Shown here piece by piece: positions 37,841 through 51,690 of a stretch of 64,000 nucleotides of DNA (the stretch's first letter is position 1; every line of letters starts with the position of its first letter). The stretch is from assembly GCA_964016885.1 (NCBI GenBank), contig OZ024743.1:80476001-80540000 (forward strand), read 5' to 3'. This stretch comes from Eledone cirrhosa. Taxonomy: Eukaryota. The notes beneath the pieces were generated by a model. That model was not told the DNA's origin and did no database searches. It worked only from the letters and a program-made list of their open reading frames with translations. Both the position numbers and the translations under genes were made by a program.

Positions 37841-40800
37841 CTATCTATCTAAGGCGGGTAAAATTCCCGAGATCCAAGGACGAGTTCTCTCCAGCGGTCT
37901 CTGTCCCTCATTATCGCTGCCATATCCTGCATCCTCAACAGACCAGTGTCTGTCCTTAGGGCATCAACATATGTTAACCTTGGTCTTCCTCTTCTAGTGT
38001 GTCCATGTAGGGGCTCCCAAAGGAGCACTGAGTGCAATGTCAACTCTGGATGTCGGTGAGCATGTCCAGCCAACCTCAGTCTCCTCTGTGTCACTTTTGA
38101 GCTGACTTTTGGGATGCTCCCATACAGCTCTGAGTTTTTCATCCTCAGTGTATACTGATTAACGTTCAGAGCCATCCTCAGCATTCTCGTGTAGCACCCA
38201 TCCACCATCTGAGTGAGTCTCTTGGTCAGTGTCCAAGTCTCAGACCCATACAGCAGCACAGACTCCACTACAGCAATGAAGAGGCGGATTTTCACGTCTC
38301 TACGAAGGTCCGACTTCCACACCGATCTCAAGCTGTGTATGACATTAAACTACATCCAGTGGCAAGGCTCCAGTTCGGGAGTTCAGGAGATGTGGGGAAT
38401 GTGGAGTTACCCCTTAGTTGTCATGACTCCCAGGTCTGCCCTGGCCCGGGGTGGTAGTACCTGTTAGGGCTCCATTTATGGGTTAAATAACTACCTTATT
38501 CGAGTGGCGCCGGTAAGGTATTGTCAGCCATTGAAAAGAAATATGGAGAGTCGATCTAACAGCACTAGGGTTAGAGCCCCTAATTACACTGTCAAGGAGC
38601 AGCCTGGTCGCTATGACTCTGCTGGCTTAGAGCCACAGAGAGGGCCAGTGGATGATGGATCAGCTGTCTCTGAGACAAATATAAAGAATGCAGTTTTGTC
38701 CTGCAGAAGAGCCATCAAAATGGGCACTTTGAATGTGAGGACTATTCGAACGCTGGAGAAGATAGAGGAGTTGGGACATCTGTTCGAGAAGAGTGGTATA
38801 CAGATACTTGCGATCCAAGAACACAGGATTCTACACGATGAGCCCGTGAGGAGTGTGATGATCGGGAGGAAGAGCCAGCTCATCACTACATCGGCAGTGA
38901 AGAACACAACAAATGCTGCAGTAGGAGTGGGTTTTGTGTTCAGTGCAAAAACCAATCTGTTGGTGAGGGAAATAATGCATATCTCCCCACGAGTGTTGAG
39001 GGTGACCTTCAATGGAAACCCAAGACTGACAGTCATCTCAGCCTATAGTCCAACCGAGGGGGACAGTGATGTGAATGCCGAGGAGTTCCATGAGGAGGTG
39101 TGTAGAGCTGTCAACACCACTCAGGCACACAATATCCTGCTTGTTTTGGGGGACTTCAATGCACATCTGAGTAAGGAGGGCAGTGAAGATCCTTGCTGGT
39201 ACTTCCATAACAACACCAACCGAAATGGAAGACTACTGAGAGACACCCTGCTGGAGGCGAACTTGATGGCGACCAACCTAAGGTTTAGGAAGAATCTGGG
39301 GAAGATGTGGACCTACATCTCAGATATGCACCTGTCCAAGTCCCAGATTGATTTCATTCTGGTGAGGAAAAAGTGGCGGAATAGTGTTCTGAACACGGAA
39401 CCATACAGCTATTTCAGTACACTGGGTAGTGACCACCGGCTTGTTATGAGTGAGGTCCGCGTGAGCTTAAGAAAGAGCAAGGCTCAGCCCCGGAGAACAA
39501 TCTATGACTGGGGAGCTTTCAAGGAAGATGATAAGCTACAAGAGAGGTTCACGGTGGAAGTGAGAAACAGGTTTAGTGCTCAGTGTAGAGAGTCAGAGGA
39601 GAGAGAGATTGGATGGACTGAGGAGAGTGTGACGAGGAGGTACGGGCACTTCACCAATGCAGTGGCGAAAGCAAGTGAAACCCTGGTGCCGAGGAAAAAG
39701 AACAAAGGGAAGCACGTCAGCTCTGCAAACCCAAAAGTGTGTGCAGCCAGAGAACACCTGAAAGCTGCCAGGGACCAATTCTATGCTGATCCTACGGAGG
39801 AGAGGATGGAGACTGTGGAGGTGATGAGGGAAGAGCTCTGTACCGCTTACACTGAGGTCAGAGAGGAGGCACTGATAGAGAAGATCAGAAGTGTGGAGAG
39901 AGCGGTTGACAGATCTGGATGTAAGGAGAGCTGGATGATCATCAACGAGATCACAGGGAGGAAGAAAAGGTGTTCGAGTCAGATCCAGGGAACGGGGCCC
40001 GAGGATAAGAAGAGGAAATGGCTAGACCATTTTAGGACCCTACTAGGAGAGCCACCCTCCACAGCCCAGAGCACTGGGGAGATCAGGCGGCTGTTTGAGG
40101 AACTGGATGTTGAGACAGAGCCCTTCACCAGAGAGGAGCTTCAGAGAGCCAAGAAGAAGATCAATGAGGGCAAGGCTCATGGAGAAGATGGAGTGGCATC
40201 AGAGGTGATGAAGAGGTGTGATTTTGATGATATCATCCTGGGGTTCTGTAACGGGGCACTGGAGAAAGGAGTTGCCCCGAATCAGTGGAGGATCAGTAAC
40301 ATCGTCCCAGTGCCAAAGAAGGGAGATCTCTCTAACACCAACAACTACCGGGGGATCTCACTGACGTCACTTGTGGCAAAGACCCTCAACAGGATGATTC
40401 TTAACAGGATCCAGCCTGAGATGGAGAAGAAGCTCAGGGACAACCAGAACGGCTTCAGAGGGGGTAGATCAACCACCAGTCACATCCTGATGCTGAGGAG
40501 GATATTAGAGGGAGCTAGAGCAAAGTGCCTTCCTGCGGTCATGGTTTTCATTGACTTTAGGAAGGCCTTTGATTCTGTGGACCGTTACTGCCTGATGAAG
40601 ATCTTACAGGCTTATGGAATCCCCAAGAGGATAGTGGACCTGATATCACTGCTCTACACCAACACCAAAGCCCCAGTCATTACACCTGATGGGATGACAG
40701 AGTTCTTTGAGATACTGGCTGGAGTGTTCCAGGGAGATACATTGGCTCCCTACCTTTTTATCATCGTAGTGGACTATTGTATGCGCCTTGCACTGGAGAA

Positions 40801-41163
40801 ACACCAGGACTCTGGCTTTACCGTAGCACCGGCTCAGAGCAGGAGAGTTGGGGCGAAAAAGGTATCGGATGCTGAATTTGCCGATGACATAGTTTTGGTG
40901 ACAAATACAGTGAAGGAGGCAAAGGATTTGATGCGGGAGGTTGAGACTGTGTCGATGAGTGTGGGGCTGAGAATGAATGAGACTAAAACAAAATATCTGG
41001 TAGAGAATGTTGAGAAGCCAGAGGGGATCACTAATGTAGGCGGGGAGCCGCTGGAATTGGTTGAGGACTTCCTGTATTTGGGAGCAAAGATTGGGAATAC
41101 GGAAGATGATGTGGTTGAGAGGAAGAGCAAGGCCTGGGCGGCGTGCCACAGCTTGAGATCGAG
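37841..41163. mobile_element. RTE-clade LINE, apparently full length, with 5' inversion
   Basis: 3' part with (TAGA)n tail on minus (38337 to 37841); 5' UTR and most of the ORF on plus (38338-41161); candidate TSD ataacagacat at 37830-37840 and 41164-41174. Confidence 0.9.
37849..38337 (-). pseudogene. RTE ORF C-terminal segment
   Basis: HSLRSVWKSDLRRDVKIRLF...LLYGSETW...RRLRLAGH...RRGRP...W; continues the plus-strand ORF that ends ACHSLRS. Confidence 0.9.
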
Positions 41164-41167
41164 ATAA
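38504..41167 (+). CDS. RTE APE endonuclease-reverse transcriptase, uninterrupted up to the inversion point
   Basis: 887 aa: GTLNVRT, IQEHR, AYSPT, GDFNAH, IDFIL, SDH (APE); YRGISL, FIDFRKAFDSV, QGDTLAP, FADD, FLYLG (RT). Confidence 0.9.
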   Translation: MAPVRYCQPLKRNMESRSNSTRVRAPNYTVKEQPGRYDSAGLEPQRGPVDDGSAVSETNIKNAVLSCRRAIKMGTLNVRTIRTLEKIEELGHLFEKSGIQILAIQEHRILHDEPVRSVMIGRKSQLITTSAVKNTTNAAVGVGFVFSAKTNLLVREIMHISPRVLRVTFNGNPRLTVISAYSPTEGDSDVNAEEFHEEVCRAVNTTQAHNILLVLGDFNAHLSKEGSEDPCWYFHNNTNRNGRLLRDTLLEANLMATNLRFRKNLGKMWTYISDMHLSKSQIDFILVRKKWRNSVLNTEPYSYFSTLGSDHRLVMSEVRVSLRKSKAQPRRTIYDWGAFKEDDKLQERFTVEVRNRFSAQCRESEEREIGWTEESVTRRYGHFTNAVAKASETLVPRKKNKGKHVSSANPKVCAAREHLKAARDQFYADPTEERMETVEVMREELCTAYTEVREEALIEKIRSVERAVDRSGCKESWMIINEITGRKKRCSSQIQGTGPEDKKRKWLDHFRTLLGEPPSTAQSTGEIRRLFEELDVETEPFTREELQRAKKKINEGKAHGEDGVASEVMKRCDFDDIILGFCNGALEKGVAPNQWRISNIVPVPKKGDLSNTNNYRGISLTSLVAKTLNRMILNRIQPEMEKKLRDNQNGFRGGRSTTSHILMLRRILEGARAKCLPAVMVFIDFRKAFDSVDRYCLMKILQAYGIPKRIVDLISLLYTNTKAPVITPDGMTEFFEILAGVFQGDTLAPYLFIIVVDYCMRLALEKHQDSGFTVAPAQSRRVGAKKVSDAEFADDIVLVTNTVKEAKDLMREVETVSMSVGLRMNETKTKYLVENVEKPEGITNVGGEPLELVEDFLYLGAKIGNTEDDVVERKSKAWAACHSLRSR

Positions 41168-41298
41168 CAGACATATAACATATATAATAGACATATTATA
41201 TATATAATAGACATATAATTATATTATATATAATAGACATATATTATATTATATATAATAGACATATAATATATTATATATAACAGTCATATAATATA

Positions 41299-41993
41299 CT
41301 AGCAGATTTACCCAGCGTTGCTCGGGGTTTTAAATTATGCTAAGAATCTACAACCAGGAAGTAAAAGAAGAACATTATAAATAAGCAGAAGTCTTCAATA
41401 ATTAATTTTGAAAGTGCAACAAATTTTTTTTTTTGTATCAACATGGCTTATGAAAGTTTTAAAAATGTAAAAGTTGTAGGTCCCAATAGTTTGAATGGTA
41501 AGTCCCATAACGATTGTTCTAAAAATAAACAAACCATCATCAAAATCTCGTTAATTCGAGACTGCTGCGAGATTAGGCCCTTAACGCGTAAATTAACACT
41601 TAATATAGTGAAACAAGTTAAAACAACAAGTGTTTTTTAAACTTTGAAAGTGCAACAAAGAATAAACAAGAAACAAACGATAATATTAGTGATTTATCTT
41701 CAAATGAATGTGATGTTTTTATTTCTGAAAAGTTGGTTATCTCACTTTTTTTATAAGGATTGTCAATAAAGCTGGTTATCTCCCTTACATCAATTTTGTT
41801 ACCGATAAATTTGATATCCATTTTTTTATTACTAAACGTGGGTCGATTTGAAAAATGTTTTTGATGTGACAATCTAAGCGACCTGTGCAACGTGCACAGA
41901 AAATTTTGTCAAATTCAGTTGGTAATTGTAAAAGCCTTAAGTATGCAAAGTTTTACACAGACACACACATCCTCGCTTTTATATATATAAAGA
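41299..41993 (-). mobile_element. Non-autonomous Helitron, copy 2
   Basis: Near-identical to 35657-36348 with the same flanks. Confidence 0.85.
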
Positions 41994-42047
41994 TTATATA
42001 TAATAGACATATAAAATATTATATATAATAGACATATAATATATATA

Positions 42048-42232
42048 ATTGTTTCTACTTTAGGCACAAGGCCAGCAAATACCCAGTACATTACAGGTAC
42101 TTTATTTTATCGACCCCGTAAGGATGAAAGGCAAAGTTAACCTCGACGGAATTTGAACTCAGACCGTAAAGGGACGTAACTATGCTGGAAAGCATGGCGT
42201 CCGACTCTCTACCGATACTGCCAATCCACCAA
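42048..42232 (-). mobile_element. tRNA-derived SINE, duplicate of 36404-36585
   Basis: Same sequence and same position relative to the Helitron. Confidence 0.75.
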
Positions 42233-45093
42233 TATACATATAATATATATAATAGACATATAATATAATATATATAATAGACATATAATATATTATATAT
42301 AATAGACATATAATATATATAATAGACATATAATATATATAATATATATAATATATATAATAATATAATAATATTATAATATAATAATATAATAATATAA
42401 TAATATAATAATATATATAATATATATAATATATATAATATATATAATAGACATATAATATATATAATAGACATATATTATATATAATAGACATATACTA
42501 TATATAACAGACATATAATATATATAATAGACATATAATATATATATTAGACATATAATATATATAATAGACATAATATATATAATAGACATATAATATA
42601 TATAACAGACATATAATATATATAATAGACATATAATATATATAATAGACATATAATATATATAATAGACATATAATATATAAAATAGACATATAATATA
42701 TATAATAGACATACAATATATATAATAGACATATAATATATATAATAGACATATAATATATTATATATAATAGACATATATTATATATAATAGACATATA
42801 ATATATTATATATAATAGACATATAATATATATAATAGACATATAATATATATAATAGACATAATATAATATATATAATAGACATATAATATATATAATA
42901 TACATATAATATATATAATAGACATATAATATATATAATAGACATATAATATATTATATATAATAGGCATATAATATATATAATAGACATATAATATATA
43001 TAATAGACATATAATATATTATATATAATAGACATATAATATATATAATAGACATATAATATATATAATGGACATATAATATATATAATAGACATATAAT
43101 ATAATATATTTAATAGACATATAATATATATAATAGACATATAATATATATAATAGACATATAATATATTATATATAATATACATATAATATATATAATA
43201 GACATATAATATATATAATAGACATATAATATATATAATAGACATATAATATATATAATAGACATATAATATAATATATATAATAGACATATAATATAAT
43301 ATATATAATAGACATATAATATATATAATAGACATATAATATATATAATAGACATATAATATATATAATAGACATATAATATATATAACAGACATATAAT
43401 ATATATAATAGACATATAATATAATATATATAATAGACATATAATATATATAACAGACATATATATATAATATACATATAATATATATAATAGACATATA
43501 TTATATATAATAGACATATAATATATATAATAGACATATAATATATATAATAGACATATAATATAATATATATAATAGACATATAATATATATAATAGAC
43601 ATATAACATATATAATATACATATAATATATATAATAGACATATAATATATATAATAGACATATAATATATATAATAGACATATAATATATATAACAGAC
43701 ATATAATATATATAATAGACATATAATATATATAATAGACATATAATATATATAATAGACATATAATATATATAATAGATATATAATATATAAAATAGAC
43801 ATATAATATATATAATAGACATACAATATATATAATAGACATATAATATATATAATAGACATATAATATATTATATATAATAGACATATATTATATATAA
43901 TAGACATATAATATATTATATATAATAGACATATAATATATATAATAGACATATAATATATTATATATAATAGACATATAATATATATAATAGACATAAT
44001 ATAATATATATAATAGACATATAATATATATAATAGACATATAATATATATAATAGACATATAATATATATAATAGACATATAATATATATAATATACAT
44101 ATAATATATATAATAGACATATAATATATATAATAGACATATAATATATTATATATAATAGGCATATAATATATATAATAGACATATAATATATATAATA
44201 GACATATAATATATTATATATAATAGACATATAATATATATAATAGACATATAATATATATAATGGACATATAATATATATAATAGACATATAATATAAT
44301 ATATTTAATAGACATATAATATATATAATTGACATATAATATATATAATATACATATAATATATATAATAGACATATAATATATTATATATAATATACAT
44401 ATAATATATATAATAGACATATAATATATATAATAGACATATAATATATATAATAGACATATAATATATATAATAGACATATAATATAATATATATAATA
44501 GACATATAATATAATATATATAATAGACATATATAATATATATATTAGACATATAATATATATAATAAACATATAATATATATAATAGACATATAATATA
44601 TTATATATAATAGACATATAATATATATAATAGACATATAACATATATAATATACATATAATATATATAATAGACATATAATATATATAACAGACATATA
44701 ATATATATAATATACATATAATATATATAATAGACATATATTATATATAATAGACATATAATATATATAATAGACATATAATATATATAATAGACATATA
44801 ATATAATATATATAATAGACATATAATATATATAATAGACATATAATATATATAATAGACATATAATATATATAATATACATATAATATATATAATAGAC
44901 ATATAATATATATAACAGACATATAATATATTATATATAATAGACATATAATATATATAATAGACATAATATATATAATAGACATATAATATATATAATA
45001 GACATATAATATATATAATATACATATAATATATATAATAGACATATAATATATATAACAGACATATAATATATTATATATAATAGACATATA
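42233..45093. repeat. 20-bp AT-rich satellite, about 2.9 kb
   Basis: Direct sequence. Confidence 0.95.
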
Positions 45094-45559
45094 AGAGAGA
45101 GAGAGGGGGCGAGATAGAGAGGGGAAGCGAGATAGAGAGAGAGAAGGGAGCTAGGAAGAGAGGGGGAGCGAGGTAGAGAGGGGGAGCGAGGAAGAGAGAG
45201 AGAGAGTGAAGGCGAGATAGAGAGGGATAGCGAGAAAGAGAGTGAGAAGGGGGCTAGATAGAGAGGGGAACAAGAATGAGAGAGAGCGAGAGAGATTGTG
45301 GGAAAGAGTGCGAGAATGGGGAGAGGGAGAGAGAATAGTGGCCAGTTGAGGATTCGTAGCTTACCGACCTTTCTTTCCTTTAGCAACTGTTAATGGAGTT
45401 GGGGGGGGGCTTCTTTTTCAATATATCAAGCGAGTAATTTCGATTGATTGGAACTTTTTCCTGAATTCTTCATTTAAACATATTTACTATAAATTATAGA
45501 ATGTAGAAGTCCAATAATTTTAACTAACATAAGAAAAAATCCAACAATTTGGGGGCGAG

Positions 45560-46075
45560 GAGGAGTCGATTATGAACCCTGCACCTTATTGGTACTTCCT
45601 TTTATGGACATTTGAATGATGGAATGGAGAGGGTAACCTCGGCGGGATTTGAACTCGGAATGTAAAATAACTATATGCCGAGAAACATTCTTCTCGACAA
45701 AAATGGGTTCTGATTCAGGCACAGGGTCAACACTTTTAGGGGTGAGTAAAGTTGATTAAATCGACACCAATGCGTTACTGGTACTTTATTTAATAGACCT
45801 TGTAAGGATGAAATGGAAAAATTAACCTCGGTGGGATTTGAACTCGGAATGTAAAGAGTAACTAAATGCCACGAACCATTCTTTCTGATAATTGTTTCTA
45901 CTTTTGGCACAAGGCCAGCAATTTGAAGGGAAGAGGAAAGTCGATTAAATCGACCCCAGTAAGTTACTGGTACTTTATTTATCGACTCCGTGAGGATGAC
46001 AGGCAAAGCTCAACTTGGTGGGATTTGAACTCAGACCGTTAGGTATAACTAAACGACACGAACCATTCTGCCCAA
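45560..46075 (-). mobile_element. Three head-to-tail SINE copies (22013 family)
   Basis: gggatttgaactc recurs at about 45644, 45833 and 46020, each preceded by ggtact..ttt.at..gac. Confidence 0.7.
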
Positions 46076-47805
46076 CAATAATGCCAATAATAGTTTTGTC
46101 TTCAAACTGCAGCATTAGTAGTAGTAGTAGCTACACCTGTTACTGGCATGGTCAGTCATGCGCAACGACAATACTACTACTTGCGGGGGTTTTAACGAAG
46201 TTTACATTAGCGTTCAGTGTTCACTTCAACAGATTGCACTGGTTTTCTGTTTAAATCTTACAGAGTGTGAAATAGATTTTTACTAGACATGACATAATAA
46301 TAGTCACTCAGAAAGGAAAGTGGTACAAGGGGTGGGGTAAGAAGAAATATGGATGATGGTGGTGGTGGTGGTGGTGGTTAGTTTGTTTGTTCATGAGTAT
46401 CGAGAATAATGTTAGCTCCTTATCTAACTACCGTTTTCTATCGACCTGTGAGTTGGTGGTATAGGAGAGTGGAATATGTCAATGGTACTTCGGCAGCAAG
46501 TCAAAATGTATCAGAACAGAGGAAGAAAGAATCTCCAAGTCTTAAGAACGAGATTAAATTCAATAGCCAAAAGACTCTCTCTCTCTTCTCTCGATGTTCC
46601 TATCAGTATTGCTCATACAATGAGACCAGACTCGCTCAAGTAAGGCAATCGATCGTTCGTTCTGTTTCTCTCGGAGAGTTCCAGTTGATTGACAGAACCA
46701 ATTTAAACTGGAGCCTCTCGAAGAAAGAAAAATGACGTTCGTTTAGATTGAAACGGATATATCATGAACGCTGTTTGCTTCGCTTAAAGATTGGGAACCG
46801 TAAAGAAAGAAAGCAGTCAGAATATAAACAAACGGACAGAACAGTGAACTCTCTGCCATTTTACCTAAGTTTACCTTGTTATTTTCTATGTTAGAAAGCT
46901 GTGTTCAACAATGTTGGTCAATGTTGGTTCACAAGCTAAAATACGAGCCTATATTAGTTTATCTAGAACGACTGCCCCAAGCTAGCTTTGTGCAATTAAA
47001 TCTCTTTGTCAAACATTACAAAGTGATCCAGTTTAACATACGACATTTGACTCCTAGTACAATCTGTTGAATATATTTGTGGCTTAATGTGAATAACTAA
47101 TTCATTAGTAGTACAAAGTAAACTAGTAATTCACATGCCATGTATATATTTAAAATACCAACAGAAGATTGTAAAATGGGCCCAGATCTCAGGTGAACTG
47201 CTGGTTTCGCTATCCACACCACGATATAATACCTGTTAGTGCTGAAGACCCTTATTGATGAAGCAGACAGAGAGTCAGGTTTGTTTGTTGCTGATAGCAG
47301 TAAAGGTTATATTTTCCTCCCCAGTAGATGTTTTTATAACCTTTTTGAAATAAAAACAACTTTGACCTGGAGAAAGGTTAGTGGTTACTACCCACCCCTG
47401 CCTGGCCACGAAGTGAAATAAAAAAAACATTTCTAGTACGGATTGTCCCTGCCATTAACAACAGCTAAGGCAAGGTTTATTTTAACGAAATTTTAAAAGA
47501 GCCCAACCTTTGTCAGGTGGCATGACTCAGCGTTTGACAATCTCCGAGTCTGGAAAGGATTTGTAATGGTTATTGTTTAAACTTCTGTAAGTGTTTAACT
47601 TTCTTTAACCATCATTTACCGTGTAAGGATATGTGCTATTTGATAAAATGTAAATGTTTTCGCAGGAAAATAGATTTTAGATGGGAAAATAGATTTTACA
47701 TAGGTAAAATGTGAGGGCAATGGGAGAGTGGTGGAAGAGAAAGAAGAGTCAAGTCGCAGTCGGTATATATAGATATCTATCTATCTTTATATATCTCTCT
47801 ATATA

Positions 47806-47866
<61 letters not shown>

Positions 47867-48830
47867 CTGTATTTGTGTTTCATATATGTATATGTGTACG
47901 TGTATATATATATATTGTATACATATATACATACAGATATGTGTGTGTAGTGTATGTCTACAGTGTTACGTTTGTTTAGTAGTATGTAGTATATGCACTG
48001 TGTATAGATTGTGCCGGGTGTATAGGATGTGTGGTATTTATACAATTATACAATGTGTGCATTGTAAATTATGTCTAGTGTATATAATAGGTATAATGTT
48101 TGGTGTCTGTAAAGTTTACAGAGTGACTGTGGTGTGTAGATTGTGTATACTAGATAGTATATGCAGCAGTATGTATAATATCTGTAGTATATTGATATAT
48201 AAAGTCTGTGGAGCGTATAAGATATATATTATAGTGAACACTATAATATATATCTGAAATGAATATTGGCTTGAACCAACTGCAGGAATATCTAATCACA
48301 ATTCTGAAATCAATACATGATGACAATAATAAAAATCGATCACTCGGAATAAATTTGTGTATCGAACAACCAAGTAGAGGAATTGATCTTCGATACTAAA
48401 ATTACATTTTAGTATAGAAAGAAGAGAGCAAATTAAGACGGAAGAATGTTAATATGAAATGAGAAGTAATTATATTAAACAAAAGAATTACTAATTATTT
48501 TATAAACACCTTCATTTTTTCTTATTTATATTTTTATTAAATTATTTTCTTCTTCGTCATTGTTAAATAGATTAACATTAATTTGAGACATTTGCAATTT
48601 ACGCCTATCTTAACCAAGTTTCTCGTCCTTCAGGGGTGTATGTGTGTGTAGGGGGCGTGAACTTCATGATACCTTAACGAATGTGTGTTTATATTCGTGT
48701 AAGAATAAACGTTTCATCGATTTTGTATAACTGTCTATTGTTCAAAGTAATTTTGTTTTCTCTGTATTCTCGGCAGGGATTTACATGCAATTTAATGACC
48801 TAGTTCGTGTACTTGTCCTATAAACCCTGC

Positions 48831-49125
48831 GTAGGTGCGTGGCTTTATGGTGAGGGTGGCTCGCGTTCCCATGTTCGATTCCCAGCGGCACATTATAGCC
48901 ACTGGCAACACGTTTCATGTTTGCTTCAGTCCATACAACTATGTGGAGATTGTATCTGTAATTTAATAATGCCAAACTTGCCACACTGTCTCATGCTGAA
49001 TCTCCCTGAGAATTATGTTAAGTGTTTAAATATCTGTAAATAAAGTTTCTGCCACTTGCACGTTAATTTCACGAGCAGGATACTCAAATGACTGCAACAT
49101 CCTTCATTGGAACTGACGGAGTTCC

Positions 49126-49127
<2 letters not shown>
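48831..49127 (+). mobile_element. tRNA-derived SINE ending in (CA)n
   Basis: A-box-like tggctttatggt, B-box gttcgattccc, 3' gcacgttaatttcacgagcagg (diverged inverted copy near 21755-21780), (CA)n tail. Confidence 0.6.
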
Positions 49128-49223
<96 letters not shown>

Positions 49224-49349
49224 TCCCACATATACCCCCCCACACACACACATATATATAAACTGAACTTGGAAGATGTATTGTCATACGTTAGTTATAC
49301 TAATTATTATTTCGTTATTAACCACTGGAACCATACAAAAAGGTGACAG

Positions 49350-49577
49350 TGGGAATTAACATAAAACGTATAAAAAAGGAAAACATGTAACAACAAATTA
49401 ATAGCAATTGCCTCAATAAAGAGGAGTATTACCCAGGGTTGACTGAGGAACTCCAACATACTAAAACTCCAAGAGTACCATGGGAAGGGACCCCAGCCTC
49501 TCTACATTCAGACGTATGTTCAGAGTAGACCCATTCACTCAGACCATCCTCACTACATTCACCCACCCTTTAAACAG
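49350..49577 (-). mobile_element. Diverged 3' fragment of the Tx1-like family
   Basis: Reverse complement contains gagtgaatgggtctactctga, matching 6294-6314; outer boundary approximate. Confidence 0.65.
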
Positions 49578-49910
49578 ATGTACTGCTTCTATATTTGTCA
49601 CAAGTAATTTGAAGTCGATTACACCGACACCAATTCGTTACTTGTACTTTATTTATCGACCCCGTAAGGATGAATGTTAAATTTGACATCGATGTTTTTT
49701 TAACTGGAATTGTTTGGTTGAAATTAGAATGTCTTTATATTTAATATTAATGTATGATTAATGTTCCTAGTTTTACTTCTGTTGCCATCTAACCCGTAGC
49801 CAACCATTCTTTTATTTTAATCTTTTCGTTGCAGGATTTCTAACGAAAGACGCAGCGTTTGATTTTCAAATAATTTTGAAAATAAACAAAATTCTGAGAG
49901 TGATTTAGTA

Positions 49911-50095
49911 ATCTATATACTACTAAAACTCTGTGACTGCTTGCTTGTCTGTAATGTAATACAGCCAAAAGGGCGCATAATGAGACACTACTTTGAAAGG
50001 AAGTTGACCCTGAAATGGGAATACAAATGGAATAAAACAAGTTTTGCGTAAATCGGAGCACATGATCCGGAGATATGGGGTTTTTCCGGGTACCT
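49911..50095 (+). mobile_element. Possible Helitron 5' fragment
   Basis: A|TCtatatactactaaaactctgtgactgcttgcttgtctg resembles the 5' ends of non-autonomous Helitrons; no 3' end seen. Confidence 0.35.
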
Positions 50096-50232
50096 TCATA
50101 AACAGAGAGAGAGAGAAAGATAGTGGTTGTGATAGAGTAGATATTGAAAGAGAGACATAGAGAGAGAGAGAAGGACACAGAGAAGGAGAATGGAAGAGAG
50201 AGCTGTTGGTGTTGTTGTGTATATATATGTGA

Positions 50233-50320
<88 letters not shown>

Positions 50321-50368
50321 ATTTGTCTATGACCAGTGTAAAAAGATCACAGACCCCTCCCCCCACAC

Positions 50369-50401
<33 letters not shown>

Positions 50402-51179
50402 TACACACATACATATATATATATATATGTATACACACACACACATTTATATATATACACATGCACACGTATATATATGGGCCTTCTAGTTTCATTTCAC
50501 ATTATATACATGTCTGTGAATATTTTAATTATTTAAAAATTATTTTGAAGTGAACATTATCCAAAGGGTTACGGGTCTAGTATAAACTAAATTTCTAGTG
50601 CTTTAGTGAAATAATTAACTTACTCTATATTTATCTGATGTTCCGAACATGACTTAATGTTGTTACTTAAAATTATAGTTGTAGGTGTTTAGATAAATAT
50701 AAACATAATCAGTTGTGTGTCACATAATCAGTTCCGGTTTTATGCAGATTGGCATGAAAAGGGGCTAAATTCCACGTAGAAATATAAATGGAATTGTATT
50801 GCTCCGGTAACGGATAAACGTACATATTGATAAATATAAATACACGATCCCTAAATAATAGAGTTTATTTCTGTCAGTTACTCTTAGTCAATTATTTTCT
50901 GCTTAAATTTCCTCGTCACCATCCACCTGGTTAGTTGGAATACTCCCAACAATCCCCTTCCATGCAATCCTTCATTGTTGTCACCAATTCTCCGAGGTGC
51001 ATTCCTGAATCTCGTAATATCGTCTCCGGATTAGTCATGTTTCGACAATGGACCCTTCCAGAGAGATTCCATAGGAGAAGTGATGCAATTATTTTCCTGT
51101 CCACATTATTTTCCTGTCCACTTTTACTGTTAAAGACTGATTGGCCAAAGACTTCGGTAGGTTATTTGTCAGGTTGGCT

Positions 51180-51690
51180 GTGACTACCAGCTCAGATTCT
51201 TCACTCTCCTAAGTAACATGGTGTATCTGCCATCTAAGCAGTTTTTTAAGTGAGTGGTGAGAGTCAAAGTTTTTTAGCCATATTGGAGAATTGACTCAAT
51301 TAATGTCTAAAAGGTTTTAATTTTTAAAGAGTATGGGAAATTGACTTTCCACATTATATCAAGCTGGTTACTTGCTTCCCATGCCAAAACATTCCGGGTG
51401 TTAAAGTGTTTTTGTGAGTCCAGGATATTGGAAAATGTCACCAACATGTTTCATTAAGGAACCGTTGAGATATTTCTATTCTGTTGGTTGGGGTACTGGA
51501 TGTAGAAATCCTGCTTTACCATCATTACAGTACAGTCCGATTATATTTGCTGCAATTTAAAATGGTTGAAGAATAGCTTCAGTGTGTTTCAGGGCAAGGT
51601 CGTCTGTAAATTCCAAGTCACTAAGACATTGAACCTGGTATCGGCTGCTCTGTTTAACTTCGATCCTTAATACTTTCTCTTTCATGAGAG
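51180..51690 (-). pseudogene. Highly decayed LINE (RTE-like) RT fragment
   Basis: Minus-strand LSDLEFTDDLAL resembles the RT (F/Y)ADD motif; boundaries uncertain. Confidence 0.45.

Noticed and set aside
34753-45386. Hydrophobic YYMSIIYIICLL ORFs
   Set aside because: Translations of the 20-bp satellite.
46255-47700. Possible host exon or promoter in relatively unique sequence
   Set aside because: Only short ORFs with no recognisable domain; splice structure cannot be supported from sequence alone.
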